Made by a program: the position numbers and the translations under genes
Shown: one piece after another, positions 46,460 through 54,669 of the stretch
How the letters are laid out: each line of letters starts with the position of its first letter
Position numbering within the stretch: position 1 is the stretch's first letter
The notes under the pieces: model-generated
What the model saw: only the letters and a program-made list of their open reading frames with translations
What the model was told of the DNA's origin: nothing
The model's database searches: none
Assembly (NCBI GenBank): GCA_001788395.1
Contig: MGBT01000060.1
Span: forward strand, 4,233 to 67,381
Reading direction: 5' to 3'
DNA length: 63,149 nucleotides
Source: Candidatus Rokubacteria bacterium GWA2_70_23
Lineage (GTDB): Bacteria; Methylomirabilota; Methylomirabilia; Rokubacteriales; CSP1-6

Positions 46460-46566
46460 GCCCCGAAGGGGTGAAGAGGCCGCCGGTGATGCGGACGCCC
46501 CGATGAGCGCCGCAGGCGCGAAGAGGCCGAACCGCAACGCGACGTCTTCCACGTTCAAGCATGAAG
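46451..46566 (+). repeat. Two copies of a dispersed structured repeat (same family as the array at 57409-57640)
   Basis: CCCCGATGAG-CCCC GAA GGGG-TGAAGAGGCC (46451-46481). CCCCGATGAG-CGCC GCA GGCG-CGAAGAGGCCGAACCGC... (46498 onward) aligns with 57409-57480. Confidence 0.75.
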
Positions 46567-47954
46567 AAAAGAAGAGCGCCGCTATTACCTTCCTCGGCGC
46601 CGCCGGGACAGTCACCGGATCCAAGCATCTCCTGGAGGCCGGCGGCGCACGCCTCCTCCTGGATTGCGGTCTCTTCCAGGGCCTGAAAGAGCTGCGCCTG
46701 CGCAACTGGCAGCCGCCGCCCGTGGATCCGGTGCACCTGGATGCGGTGATCCTGAGCCACGCGCACATCGACCACTCGGGCTACCTGCCGCGCCTGGTGC
46801 GCTCGGGTTTCACCGGTCCTGTGTTCTGCACCCGCGGCACTGCCGATCTCCTCGCCGTGATGCTGCCCGATGCCGCGAGCCTCCAGGAGGAGGAGGCCGC
46901 CTTCGCCAACCGCCACAAGACCTCCCGCCACTCGCCCGCGCTGCCGCTGTTCACGACGGAGGACGCCCAGCGCGCGCTCCAGCAGATCCGCACCGTGGAG
47001 TTCGGCCGGCGCTTCCAGCCGGCCCGCGCCGCGCAGGCCCGTTTCCTGGCCGCCGGCCACATCCTCGGGGCCGGGCTCGTGGAGGTCTCCATCGCAGGGC
47101 GGCTCGTCGTCTTCTCCGGCGATCTCGGGCGCTACGGCGTGCCCATCATGCGCGATCCGGACCCCGTGCCCGAGGCCGACCTGCTCCTGGTGGAGTCCAC
47201 CTACGGGAACCGGATCCATCCCGACGGCGACCGCGCCGTCGGCCTCGTGGAGGCGGTCCAGCGCGCGGCCCGTCATCGGGGCTGGCTGCTCGTGCCGGCC
47301 TTCGCCGTGGGACGCTCGCAGGAGTTGCTCTATGCGCTCCGCGAGCTCGAGGCGGCCGAGCGCATCCCCTCGCTGCCGGTGTATCTCGACAGCCCCATGG
47401 CCATCGAGGCCACGGTGATCTACGCGCGCCATCCCGAGGAGCACGACACCGCGCTCCGCGCCGTCGAGGCTTCCGGCACGCGCCCCTTCGCCCCGCGGCG
47501 TTTCCACCTGGCGCGCACCATGGAGGACTCCAAGCGGCTCAACGGGCTGGGCGGCCCCGGGATCATCATCGCCGGCAGCGGCATGGCCACCGGAGGGCGC
47601 ATCCTCCACCACATGAAGCGCCTGCTCCCGGATCCGGCGACCACGGTGCTCTTCGTCGGCTACCAGGCGGCCGGGACCCGCGGGCGGCTGCTTCGCGACG
47701 GCGCGCGCGAGATCAAGATGCTCGGGGAGATGGTGCCGGTCCGCGCGACGATCCTGGTGAGCGACGTCTACTCGGCCCACGGGGACCGGAGCGAGATCCT
47801 CCGGTGGCTCGGGGGCTTCCAGCGCCCGCCCGCCATGACCTATGTGGTCCACGGCGAGCCGGAGGCGGCCGAGGCCCTGCGCGAGGCCATCCGGCAGGAG
47901 CGCGGGTGGACGGTGGAGGTCGCCCAGGACGGCCAGCGCGTGGGGCTCTCGTGA
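46503..47954 (+). CDS. MBL-fold metallo-hydrolase with beta-CASP / RNA-specificity domain (RNase J/CPSF-like)
   Basis: ORF 46368..47954; first ATG at 46503. ITFLGAAGTVTGS; HAHIDHSGYLP. The ~27 codons before ITFLG are repeat-derived, so the start is uncertain. Confidence 0.88.
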   Translation: MSAAGAKRPNRNATSSTFKHEEKKSAAITFLGAAGTVTGSKHLLEAGGARLLLDCGLFQGLKELRLRNWQPPPVDPVHLDAVILSHAHIDHSGYLPRLVRSGFTGPVFCTRGTADLLAVMLPDAASLQEEEAAFANRHKTSRHSPALPLFTTEDAQRALQQIRTVEFGRRFQPARAAQARFLAAGHILGAGLVEVSIAGRLVVFSGDLGRYGVPIMRDPDPVPEADLLLVESTYGNRIHPDGDRAVGLVEAVQRAARHRGWLLVPAFAVGRSQELLYALRELEAAERIPSLPVYLDSPMAIEATVIYARHPEEHDTALRAVEASGTRPFAPRRFHLARTMEDSKRLNGLGGPGIIIAGSGMATGGRILHHMKRLLPDPATTVLFVGYQAAGTRGRLLRDGAREIKMLGEMVPVRATILVSDVYSAHGDRSEILRWLGGFQRPPAMTYVVHGEPEAAEALREAIRQERGWTVEVAQDGQRVGLS

Positions 47955-49231
47955 GCACGGCGCCGGGGGCGCAACGAGCGGTGGGGGATCGGCGCGCGGT
48001 GATCGCCTGGATGCTCTACGACTTCGCCAACTCGGCCTTCGTGGCCGTGATCCCCGCCACCGTGTACTCCAAGTACTACGCGCTGGCCGTGGTGGGAAAC
48101 GAGCGAGGGGAAGGGGACTTCTGGTGGGGGCTCTCCGTGACCACCTCGATGGCGTTCGTCGCCCTGTCCGCTCCGCCGATGGGGGCCATCGCCGACCACA
48201 CGGGCCAGCGCAAGCGGTTCATGTTCCTGCTCACCTGGATCAGCGTCGCGGCCACCGCGCTCATGGCCACCGTGGGGCCGGGCGACGTGCTCTGGGGCTG
48301 GGTCCTGGCGGTGGTCGGCACGGTGGGCTTCGAGAGCGCCATCGTCTACTACAACGCCTACCTTCCCGACCTCTCGGTGCAGGGACGGCAGGGGCGACTG
48401 TCGGCCTATGGCTTCGCAGTGGGGTACCTGGGCTCCGCCGTCGCGCTGGGCGCGGCCTTGCCCTTCGCGCTCCGGGGGAGCTATGCGGGCGCCTTCCTCT
48501 CCGCGGCGGCGCTCTTCGGCGTCTTCTCGGTCCCCGCGTTCCTGTGGCTCCCGGCCGACCGGCCGGGGGCCCTCAGCGTCCGGGAGGCGATCGGGGTGGG
48601 CTTCGTCCAGACCCGGGCCTCGCTGCGCCGCATCCTGGCTCTTCCGGATCTGCGCCGGTTCCTCCTCGCCTACCTCTTCTTCGAGGACGGCATCAACACC
48701 GTGGTCTACTTCTCGTCGGTCTTCGCCGGCCACACCCTCGGCTTCTCCACCACCGAGGTGATCCTGCTCTACTTCGTCGTCCAGCTCACGGCGCTGGCCG
48801 GGGCGTGGATATGGGGGCGGCCCACGGATCTCCGCGGGCCCAAGTTCGTCGTGACCTGCACGCTGGTCCAGTGGTGCGTCGTCGTGGTGGCCGCGTACTT
48901 CGTCCAGACCAAGATGCAGTTCTTCGTGCTCGCCGTCCTCGCGGGCACCGGGCTCGGCGCCGTCCAGGCCGCCAGCCGCACCTTCATGGCGACGCTGATC
49001 CCGCCCGGGCATGAGGCCGAGATGTTCGGGTTCTACGCGCTGTGCGGCAAGACGGCCGCGATCTTCGGGCCGATGGTCTTCGGGCTGGCCTCGCTGCTCA
49101 GCGGCGGCAACCAGCGCATCGCCATCGTCGCCATCGGCCTTTTCTTCGTGGCTGGTCTCGTTCTCCTGCGGGGCGTTCGCGCAGGGGGTCCGACCCACGT
49201 GGCGCCCCACGCGGGGCGAGGCGGCGGGTAG
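47951..49231 (+). CDS. MFS transporter, UMF1 (Atg22-like) family
   Basis: GTG 47951 (GTGA overlap) in ORF 46664..49231. YDFANSAF motif; about 12 hydrophobic helices. Confidence 0.85.
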   Translation: MSTAPGAQRAVGDRRAVIAWMLYDFANSAFVAVIPATVYSKYYALAVVGNERGEGDFWWGLSVTTSMAFVALSAPPMGAIADHTGQRKRFMFLLTWISVAATALMATVGPGDVLWGWVLAVVGTVGFESAIVYYNAYLPDLSVQGRQGRLSAYGFAVGYLGSAVALGAALPFALRGSYAGAFLSAAALFGVFSVPAFLWLPADRPGALSVREAIGVGFVQTRASLRRILALPDLRRFLLAYLFFEDGINTVVYFSSVFAGHTLGFSTTEVILLYFVVQLTALAGAWIWGRPTDLRGPKFVVTCTLVQWCVVVVAAYFVQTKMQFFVLAVLAGTGLGAVQAASRTFMATLIPPGHEAEMFGFYALCGKTAAIFGPMVFGLASLLSGGNQRIAIVAIGLFFVAGLVLLRGVRAGGPTHVAPHAGRGGG

Positions 49232-49277
49232 CTGCGGGGTCCGAGTGCCCGGCCGTCGCACAACATGTGGGGGCCGC

Positions 49278-49307
49278 TTGACACCCGCCCCCGACAGAGC
49301 GTAACGT
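49278..49307 (+). promoter_or_regulatory. Promoter candidate for rpiB-glyA-nrdR
   Basis: TTGACA (49278-49283), 18-nt spacer, TAACGT (49302-49307). It ends only 9 nt before ATG 49317, so either a near-leaderless mRNA or a false call. Confidence 0.3.
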
Positions 49308-49316
49308 GAGGCCGCC

Positions 49317-49787
49317 ATGACCTCCGTCGCCCTGGGGGCCGATCATGCTGGCTGGGAGCTGAAGGAAGCCCTCAAGGCGTGGCTCTTCGACCAGGGCCAT
49401 CAGGTGCTCGACTTCGGTACGCACTCCCCCGACCCCGTTGACTACCCGGACTACGCCGCGCAGGTCGCCGAGGCGGTGGCTGTCGCCAAGGTGGAGCGTG
49501 GGATCCTCGTGTGCGGCACCGGGATCGGCATGGCCATCACCGCCAACAAGGTTCCGGGAGTGCGCGCCGCAGCCTGCTCCGATCTCTACACGGCCCGCAT
49601 GAGCCGCGAGCACAACGACGCCAACGTGCTCGCCCTCGGCGGGCGCCTGATGGGGCGGGAGATGGCGCTGGAGATCGTCAAGGCCTGGATCGAGACCGGG
49701 TTCGCCGGGGGGCGCCACAGCGGGCGCGTGGACAAGATCAGTGCCGTCGAGCGCCGCCACACCGATCGGGCGGCGAGCGACCCGTGA
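49317..49787 (+). CDS. rpiB: Ribose 5-phosphate isomerase B
   Basis: [12 protein letters not shown]; [16 protein letters not shown]. Confidence 0.95.
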   Translation: MTSVALGADHAGWELKEALKAWLFDQGHQVLDFGTHSPDPVDYPDYAAQVAEAVAVAKVERGILVCGTGIGMAITANKVPGVRAAACSDLYTARMSREHNDANVLALGGRLMGREMALEIVKAWIETGFAGGRHSGRVDKISAVERRHTDRAASDP

Positions 49788-49798
49788 CGAGGGCGGGG

Positions 49799-51049
49799 AT
49801 GGGCTGGCTCGAGCAGGCGGATCCGGAGATCGCCAAGGCCATCCGCGCCGAGACGGAGCGGCAGTCGCGCAACCTGGAGCTGATCGCCTCGGAGAACTTC
49901 GTCTCCGAGGCCGTGCTCGAGGCCACGGGCTCCGTCCTGACCAACAAGTACGCCGAGGGCTACCCGGGCCGGCGCTACTACGGCGGCTGCGAGATCGTGG
50001 ACATCGCCGAGGAGCTGGCCATCGCGCGCGCCAGGGAGCTGTTCGGCGCCGAGCACGTCAACGTGCAGCCGCATTCGGGCTCCCAGGCCAACATGGCGGT
50101 TTACATGACGCTGCTCCAGCCCGGGGACACGGTGCTCGGGCCGAACCTCGCCCACGGCGGCCACCTCACGGCCGGCCACCCGCTGAACTTCTCCGGCAAG
50201 CTCTACCGCATCGTCGCCTACGGCGTGACGCGCGACACCGAGCGCATCGACCTCGACCAGGTGCGCGATCTCGCGCGCCAGCACCGTCCGAAGCTCATCA
50301 TCGCGGGTGGCTCGGCCTTCCCGCGGGCCATCGACTTCCAGCCGTTCCGCCAGATCGCCGACGAGGTGGGCGCGGCCCTCATGGCCGACATCGCTCACCC
50401 CGCCGGCCTCGTTGCCGCGGGGCTCCACCCCTCGCCCATCCCCTACGCCGACTTCGTGACCACGACCACGCACAAGACCCTGCGCGGCCCGCGCGGCGGC
50501 ATGGTCATGTGCCGGCAGGAGCACGCCGCGGCGCTGGACAAGGTCGTGCTGCCCGGGATCCAGGGCGGCCCGCTCATGCACGTCATCGCGGCCAAGGCCG
50601 TCGCCTTCCGCGAGGCGCAGAGCCCCGAGTGGCGGGGCTACCAGGGGCAGATCGTCCGCAACGCGCGCGCGCTGGCGGGGGCGCTGATGGGGCGCGGCTA
50701 CCGCCTCGTCTCCGGCGGCACGGACACGCACCTCATGCTGATGGACCTCACGCCGAAAAGCATCACCGGCAAGGAAGCCCAGGAGGCGCTCGACCGGGCG
50801 TGGATCACGGTCAACAAGAACGGCATCCCCTTCGACACGAAGGGGCCCATGGTGACCAGCGGGGTCCGGATCGGGACGCCTGCCGTCACCACCCGCGGGA
50901 TGAAGGAGCCCGAGATGGCCCAGATCGCGGCGCTGATCGATAGAGTCCTCACCAATCTCGGCAACGCCTCCGTGGAGGCCGCGGTGCGCTCCGAGGTCCA
51001 GGAGCTGACTGCCCGTTTCCCGCTCTATGCGGAGCGCCTCCGCGCATGA
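49799..51049 (+). CDS. glyA: Serine hydroxymethyltransferase
   Basis: ATG 49799 in ORF 49511..51049. LIASENFVS; [13 protein letters not shown] (PLP lysine). Confidence 0.97.
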   Translation: MGWLEQADPEIAKAIRAETERQSRNLELIASENFVSEAVLEATGSVLTNKYAEGYPGRRYYGGCEIVDIAEELAIARARELFGAEHVNVQPHSGSQANMAVYMTLLQPGDTVLGPNLAHGGHLTAGHPLNFSGKLYRIVAYGVTRDTERIDLDQVRDLARQHRPKLIIAGGSAFPRAIDFQPFRQIADEVGAALMADIAHPAGLVAAGLHPSPIPYADFVTTTTHKTLRGPRGGMVMCRQEHAAALDKVVLPGIQGGPLMHVIAAKAVAFREAQSPEWRGYQGQIVRNARALAGALMGRGYRLVSGGTDTHLMLMDLTPKSITGKEAQEALDRAWITVNKNGIPFDTKGPMVTSGVRIGTPAVTTRGMKEPEMAQIAALIDRVLTNLGNASVEAAVRSEVQELTARFPLYAERLRA

Positions 51050-51546
51050 AGTGCCCCTTCTGCGGACACAGCGAGGACCGGGTGGTGGACTCGCGCGTGG
51101 GGCGGGACGGGGAGTTCATCCGGCGGCGGCGCGAGTGCCTCAAGTGTCACCGCCGCTACACCACCTACGAGTACGTCGAGGACGTGCTCCCGCACGTGGT
51201 CAAACGCGATGGCCGGCGTGAGCCCTTCGACCGGCAGAAGCTCCGCGGCTCCATCCTCAAGGCCTGCGAGAAGCGCTCCGTGGGCGTCCAGGCGGTGGAC
51301 GACGTGGTGGCCGAGATCGAGGCCAAGCTGCACGAGCGCGCCGAGAAGGAGATCACGAGCAAGGAGCTTGGCGAGCTCGTGATGGAGCACCTGCAGAAGC
51401 TCGACCAGGTGGCCTATGTCCGCTTCGCCTCGGTCTACCGCCAGTTCAAGGACATCTCGCAGTTCATGGACGAGGTGAAGGGGCTCATCAAGGAAGGCGA
51501 GAAACCCAAGGCCGCCAAGCCCGTGAAGGCGGCTCCCCGCCGCTAG
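51046..51546 (+). CDS. nrdR: Transcriptional repressor NrdR
   Basis: ATGA overlap. MKCPFCGH...[12 protein letters not shown] zinc ribbon plus ATP-cone. Confidence 0.96.
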   Translation: MKCPFCGHSEDRVVDSRVGRDGEFIRRRRECLKCHRRYTTYEYVEDVLPHVVKRDGRREPFDRQKLRGSILKACEKRSVGVQAVDDVVAEIEAKLHERAEKEITSKELGELVMEHLQKLDQVAYVRFASVYRQFKDISQFMDEVKGLIKEGEKPKAAKPVKAAPRR

Positions 51547-51754
51547 CAGGCCGCTGAAAAAGACCCATCTGCTTCGCTGGCTCGGTCGCTCCTCGCTCAA
51601 CGTGGCTCGCTCACGCTCGCCCGGATCTCCGGATCCGCTCGCCTCGCCTCCGGCTCGGCTCGCCAAGCGGAGGACGCCTCGCTCGTCGCCTCCCTCGCCG
51701 CCTCGCATCTGGGCCTTTTTGAGCGGCGTGCGGAGTTCTTCCGCAGCCTGCTAG
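51543..51754. repeat. ~210-bp inverted-repeat-bounded element between convergent nrdR and EamA genes
   Basis: CTAGCAGGC (51543-51551) versus GCCTGCTAG (51746-51754). Inner arms CCGCTGAAAAAGACCCATCTGC and GCATCTGGGCCTTTTTGAGCGG match 18 of 22 as reverse complements. The 132-nt interior is dominated by CTCGC-type pentamers. Confidence 0.8.
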
Positions 51755-51786
51755 CCGCCAGGCCACCTGGCGGACGGGACCGCGCG

Positions 51787-52308
51787 CTAGCGCGCCGTCG
51801 CCAGCGCGACGCCGCCGATCGCGACCGTCGCCCCCACGAAGTGGTACCAGCGGATCGGCTCGCCCAGGATCAGCCACGACAGGCCGATCACGATGAACGG
51901 GATCAGGTTCATGAAGACGGCGGCGCGGCCCGCCCCCACCACGCGGATGCCCTGGTAGTACCAACACGCGGCCCCCGCCAGCGCGACGATCACCGGGGCC
52001 GAGGCGCCCAGGATCCCCGCATTCACGGGACTCGTGTGGCGGAGCCCCCAGTACCAGACCGTGGTGTTGCCCACGAGCCCGGTGAGGGAGATCACGACGA
52101 AGGTCCAGTGATCGCGCCGCGTGAAGGCGGGGAAGGGGCCGTGAGCGAGTCGAGCGATCAGCACGAGGACCGGCGCGGCCAGCGCCGCGCGCGCGGCGCT
52201 GAGCGTGAGGGGGCCGAGCTCCAGGAGCGCCAGCTTGCCGAGGGGGAAGTTCCCGGCCCACATGAGGGTCACCAGCAGGAGCAGGCCGTATGCGCGGGTG
52301 GGAGTCAT
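51787..52308 (-). CDS. EamA/DMT-family transporter, abnormally short (173 aa); possible internal-deletion derivative
   Basis: N-terminus (LMWAGNFPLGK, TM1-4) and C-terminus (AAVFMNLIPFIVIGLSWLILGE, last two helices) both look EamA-like, but the middle ~110-120 aa of a normal 10-TM protein is absent. Confidence 0.7.
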   Translation of the reverse strand: MTPTRAYGLLLLVTLMWAGNFPLGKLALLELGPLTLSAARAALAAPVLVLIARLAHGPFPAFTRRDHWTFVVISLTGLVGNTTVWYWGLRHTSPVNAGILGASAPVIVALAGAACWYYQGIRVVGAGRAAVFMNLIPFIVIGLSWLILGEPIRWYHFVGATVAIGGVALATAR

Positions 52309-52371
52309 GGGCTGAAATGGTTCGGCCCTGCCGGGATGGGGCCGACAGGGCCGAGCGCCGTACCGGGCGCC

Positions 52372-52410
52372 TTACTTCTTCTTCTTCTTGGTCGCCTTCT
52401 TCTTCGCCAT
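52372..52410 (-). CDS. 12-codon Lys-rich mini-ORF MAKKKATKKKKK (candidate leader peptide)
   Basis: ATG GCG AAG AAG AAG GCG ACC AAG AAG AAG AAG AAG TAA on the minus strand, preceded by GGAGGGGGG. It has its own promoter candidate and lies 63 nt upstream of the EamA ATG. Confidence 0.4.
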   Translation of the reverse strand: MAKKKATKKKKK

Positions 52411-52466
52411 GGTGTCACCCCCCTCCCGTTCCGCGCGTCCCGTGCGGTTGATCGTCTGTTGTCCGG

Positions 52467-52496
52467 ACTCTAAGTTGAGGGTGGAAACGGTGTCAA
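52467..52496 (-). promoter_or_regulatory. Minus-strand promoter candidate driving the mini-ORF and EamA
   Basis: Reverse complement reads TTGACA (52496-52491), 18-nt spacer, TAGAGT (52472-52467), in the most AT-rich stretch of this region. Confidence 0.45.
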
Positions 52497-52574
52497 GAAG
52501 AAAATACAGGATGGAGGGTTCCGCGGGCCCCTCAGGGGCGAGATATAGGGGGCAGGCGGGCGGGCCAGCAGGGG

Positions 52575-53261
52575 CTAGGACTCGTCGTGCTCCTGGGCCG
52601 CAGAGGGTCTGCGGCCTTCGCGCCGCGTGACGAACTCCTGGTTGAGCGCGACGCCCTTCTTGCAGAGCGGGCACGTGTCCGGCGCGTAGGTGGGGAAGTC
52701 CCGGCTCACGAGGCTGAAGATCGGCTTGCCGTCCACTTCCGCTTGCCTCGTGCGGCGCCAGAGCGCGCCGATGCCGATCACCTGGGCGCCCAGCTCTTCC
52801 ACGACCTGAGTCAGGAGGCGCACCGTCTGCCCCGAGCTCACCAGATCCTCGACGACCAGCACCTTGGTGCCGGGGCGGATCAGGCGGTGGAACTCCGCGG
52901 GCAGGGTCACGCGGCGCTTGCCGCCGCTGACGCCCTTGGTGCCGTACATGACGGTGGGGCGCGAGGGATGCGCCCGGGCCACGCAGTGCGAGAGGATCAG
53001 GGCGCCGGGACCGGTGGAGAGGACCACGTCGATGGGCCACTGGGCGAAGTGCTTGGCGATCACCGCCCCGAGTCCCTCGGTGAAGGAGGGCTCGGTGGTG
53101 ACCAGCGTCTTCTCGATGTACTCCGTGGTGTGATGCCCCGAGGGGAGGAGGATGTGGTCGTTGGCGTGGTAGGCCCCGGTGCGCTTGAGGATCTCCAGGT
53201 GGATCTTCTCGCGGACGTCGGCGTCCATCAGGGTGGCGTCCTTGCGGGGCGGCGGGGTCAT
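52575..53261 (-). CDS. Type I phosphoribosyltransferase family protein (PyrE-like)
   Basis: ATG 53261 in ORF 52575..53660, preceded by AGGAGGAGG. VLVVEDLVSSGQT PRPP-binding loop. C-terminal CPLC. Confidence 0.8.
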   Translation of the reverse strand: MTPPPRKDATLMDADVREKIHLEILKRTGAYHANDHILLPSGHHTTEYIEKTLVTTEPSFTEGLGAVIAKHFAQWPIDVVLSTGPGALILSHCVARAHPSRPTVMYGTKGVSGGKRRVTLPAEFHRLIRPGTKVLVVEDLVSSGQTVRLLTQVVEELGAQVIGIGALWRRTRQAEVDGKPIFSLVSRDFPTYAPDTCPLCKKGVALNQEFVTRREGRRPSAAQEHDES

Positions 53262-53355
53262 CGAGGCCTCCTCCTGAGTGGGTGGTGAGCGCCCCTCGAG
53301 CCTGCGGGCGCTCCCCGGCATTATACCGTGAGTCCGGGTGTACACTGGCCCGGCC

Positions 53356-54099
53356 ATGCGAATCCTGGCGCTCGAGAGCGCAACCCTGACGGGTGGCGCG
53401 GCCCTCCTCGACGGCGATCGCCTCGTCGGGGAGAGCGTCCTCTCGGTCTCGCTGACCCACTCCGAGCGGCTCATGGCCATGGCCGACCGCCTGCTGCGGG
53501 ACTGCGACTGGACCGCGAAGGATCTGGAAGGTCTCGCCGTCTCCATCGGACCCGGCTCCTTCACGGGGATCCGCGTGGGCGTGGCCACGATGAAGGGGCT
53601 CGCGCTGGCCCTGGGTCTCCCGGTGGCGCCCGTGCCCACGCTCGACGCGCTCGCCTCCACGCTGCCCTTCGCGGACGTCCCCGTGTGCCCGCTCCTCTAC
53701 GCCCGCAAGGGCGAGGTGTACGTGTCGCTGTACCGGTGGCAGGAGGATCGGATGATGCGCGAGTGGGCCTATCTCGCGCTGCCGCCCGAGGCCGCGGTGG
53801 CGCGCCTCGATCCGCCCGTGATCGTGCTCGGCGACGGGGTCGAGGCGTGCCGCCCTTTTCTCGCCCGCCTCGGCGGGGCAGTGCGGGTGGCCCCGCCCGC
53901 GCGCCGCCTGCCGTCTCCCGGCGTCGTCGCCCAGCTCGGCCACGCCATCCTCGAGGCGGGCCAGGGGGTGGCCGGCGAGGCGCTGCTCCCCCTCTACCTC
54001 CGCCCGTCGGAGGAGGAGCTGAAGGCAGGGCGAGCCGCAGCCGGAGGCGAGGCGAGCGGACGTGGAAATTCCCCGAGCGGAGCGAGGCGCCGTGGCTGA
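53356..54099 (+). CDS. tsaB: tRNA t6A biosynthesis protein TsaB
   Basis: ATG 53356 (GTG 53338 alternative). MRILALESAT; SIGPGSFTGIRVGVATMKGLA. Confidence 0.92.
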   Translation: MRILALESATLTGGAALLDGDRLVGESVLSVSLTHSERLMAMADRLLRDCDWTAKDLEGLAVSIGPGSFTGIRVGVATMKGLALALGLPVAPVPTLDALASTLPFADVPVCPLLYARKGEVYVSLYRWQEDRMMREWAYLALPPEAAVARLDPPVIVLGDGVEACRPFLARLGGAVRVAPPARRLPSPGVVAQLGHAILEAGQGVAGEALLPLYLRPSEEELKAGRAAAGGEASGRGNSPSGARRRG

Positions 54100-54607
54100 G
54101 ACGCAGACGCGGCCGCCGCTGTCCCTGGCGCCCATGACCCTCGACGACCTCGACGATGTCCTGGCCATCGAGCGTGTCTCCTTCAAGACCCCGTGGTCGC
54201 GCGCCGCTTTCCGCTACGAGCTCGCCCAGAACCGGGTCGCTCGCTGCATGGTCGCCCGGGCCGGCGCGCGGCTCTGCGGCTACCTCTGTCTCTGGGAGAT
54301 CGGCCACGAGATCCACATCACCAACCTGGCCGTCCATCCGGAGTGGAGGCGTCGGGGGATCGCCCGGGCGCTACTCGAGTCGATCCTCGCCGATGGGCGG
54401 GCCCGGGGTGTGCTCCTCGCCTTTCTCGAGGTCCGACCCACCAACGTCGAGGCGCTCGGCCTCTACGGGAGTCTCGGCTTCCGCATCATAGGCGAGCGAA
54501 AGGGCTACTATTTCGACACGGGCGAAGACGCCCTGGTCATGGAGGCAGATTTCAGGCTGTCGCAGGGGGCGGCACCCGCTGACGAAACCCTGGGAACCGT
54601 TGGCTAG
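54092..54607 (+). CDS. rimI: Ribosomal-protein-alanine N-acetyltransferase
   Basis: ORF 54062..54607. Start is GTG 54092 (8-nt overlap with tsaB) or ATG 54134. GNAT motif A: LAVHPEWRRRGIARALL. Confidence 0.9.
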   Translation: MAETQTRPPLSLAPMTLDDLDDVLAIERVSFKTPWSRAAFRYELAQNRVARCMVARAGARLCGYLCLWEIGHEIHITNLAVHPEWRRRGIARALLESILADGRARGVLLAFLEVRPTNVEALGLYGSLGFRIIGERKGYYFDTGEDALVMEADFRLSQGAAPADETLGTVG

Positions 54608-54669
54608 CCTCGCGGGTTGCCGAGTTACTACATGTGTGCCGCCCACCTCATCCCGTTCAGGAGGACTCC

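Noticed and set aside
51782-51795. Perfect 14-nt palindrome GCGCGCTAGCGCGC spanning the EamA stop codon.
   Set aside because: It is short and GC-only, and such palindromes are expected by chance in this composition. It has no partner sites in the window.
51611-52261. 216-aa minus-strand ORF overlapping the palindromic element and the EamA gene.
   Set aside because: It is out of frame with the EamA ORF, which has clear transporter helices. Its product is Arg/Gly/Pro low-complexity.
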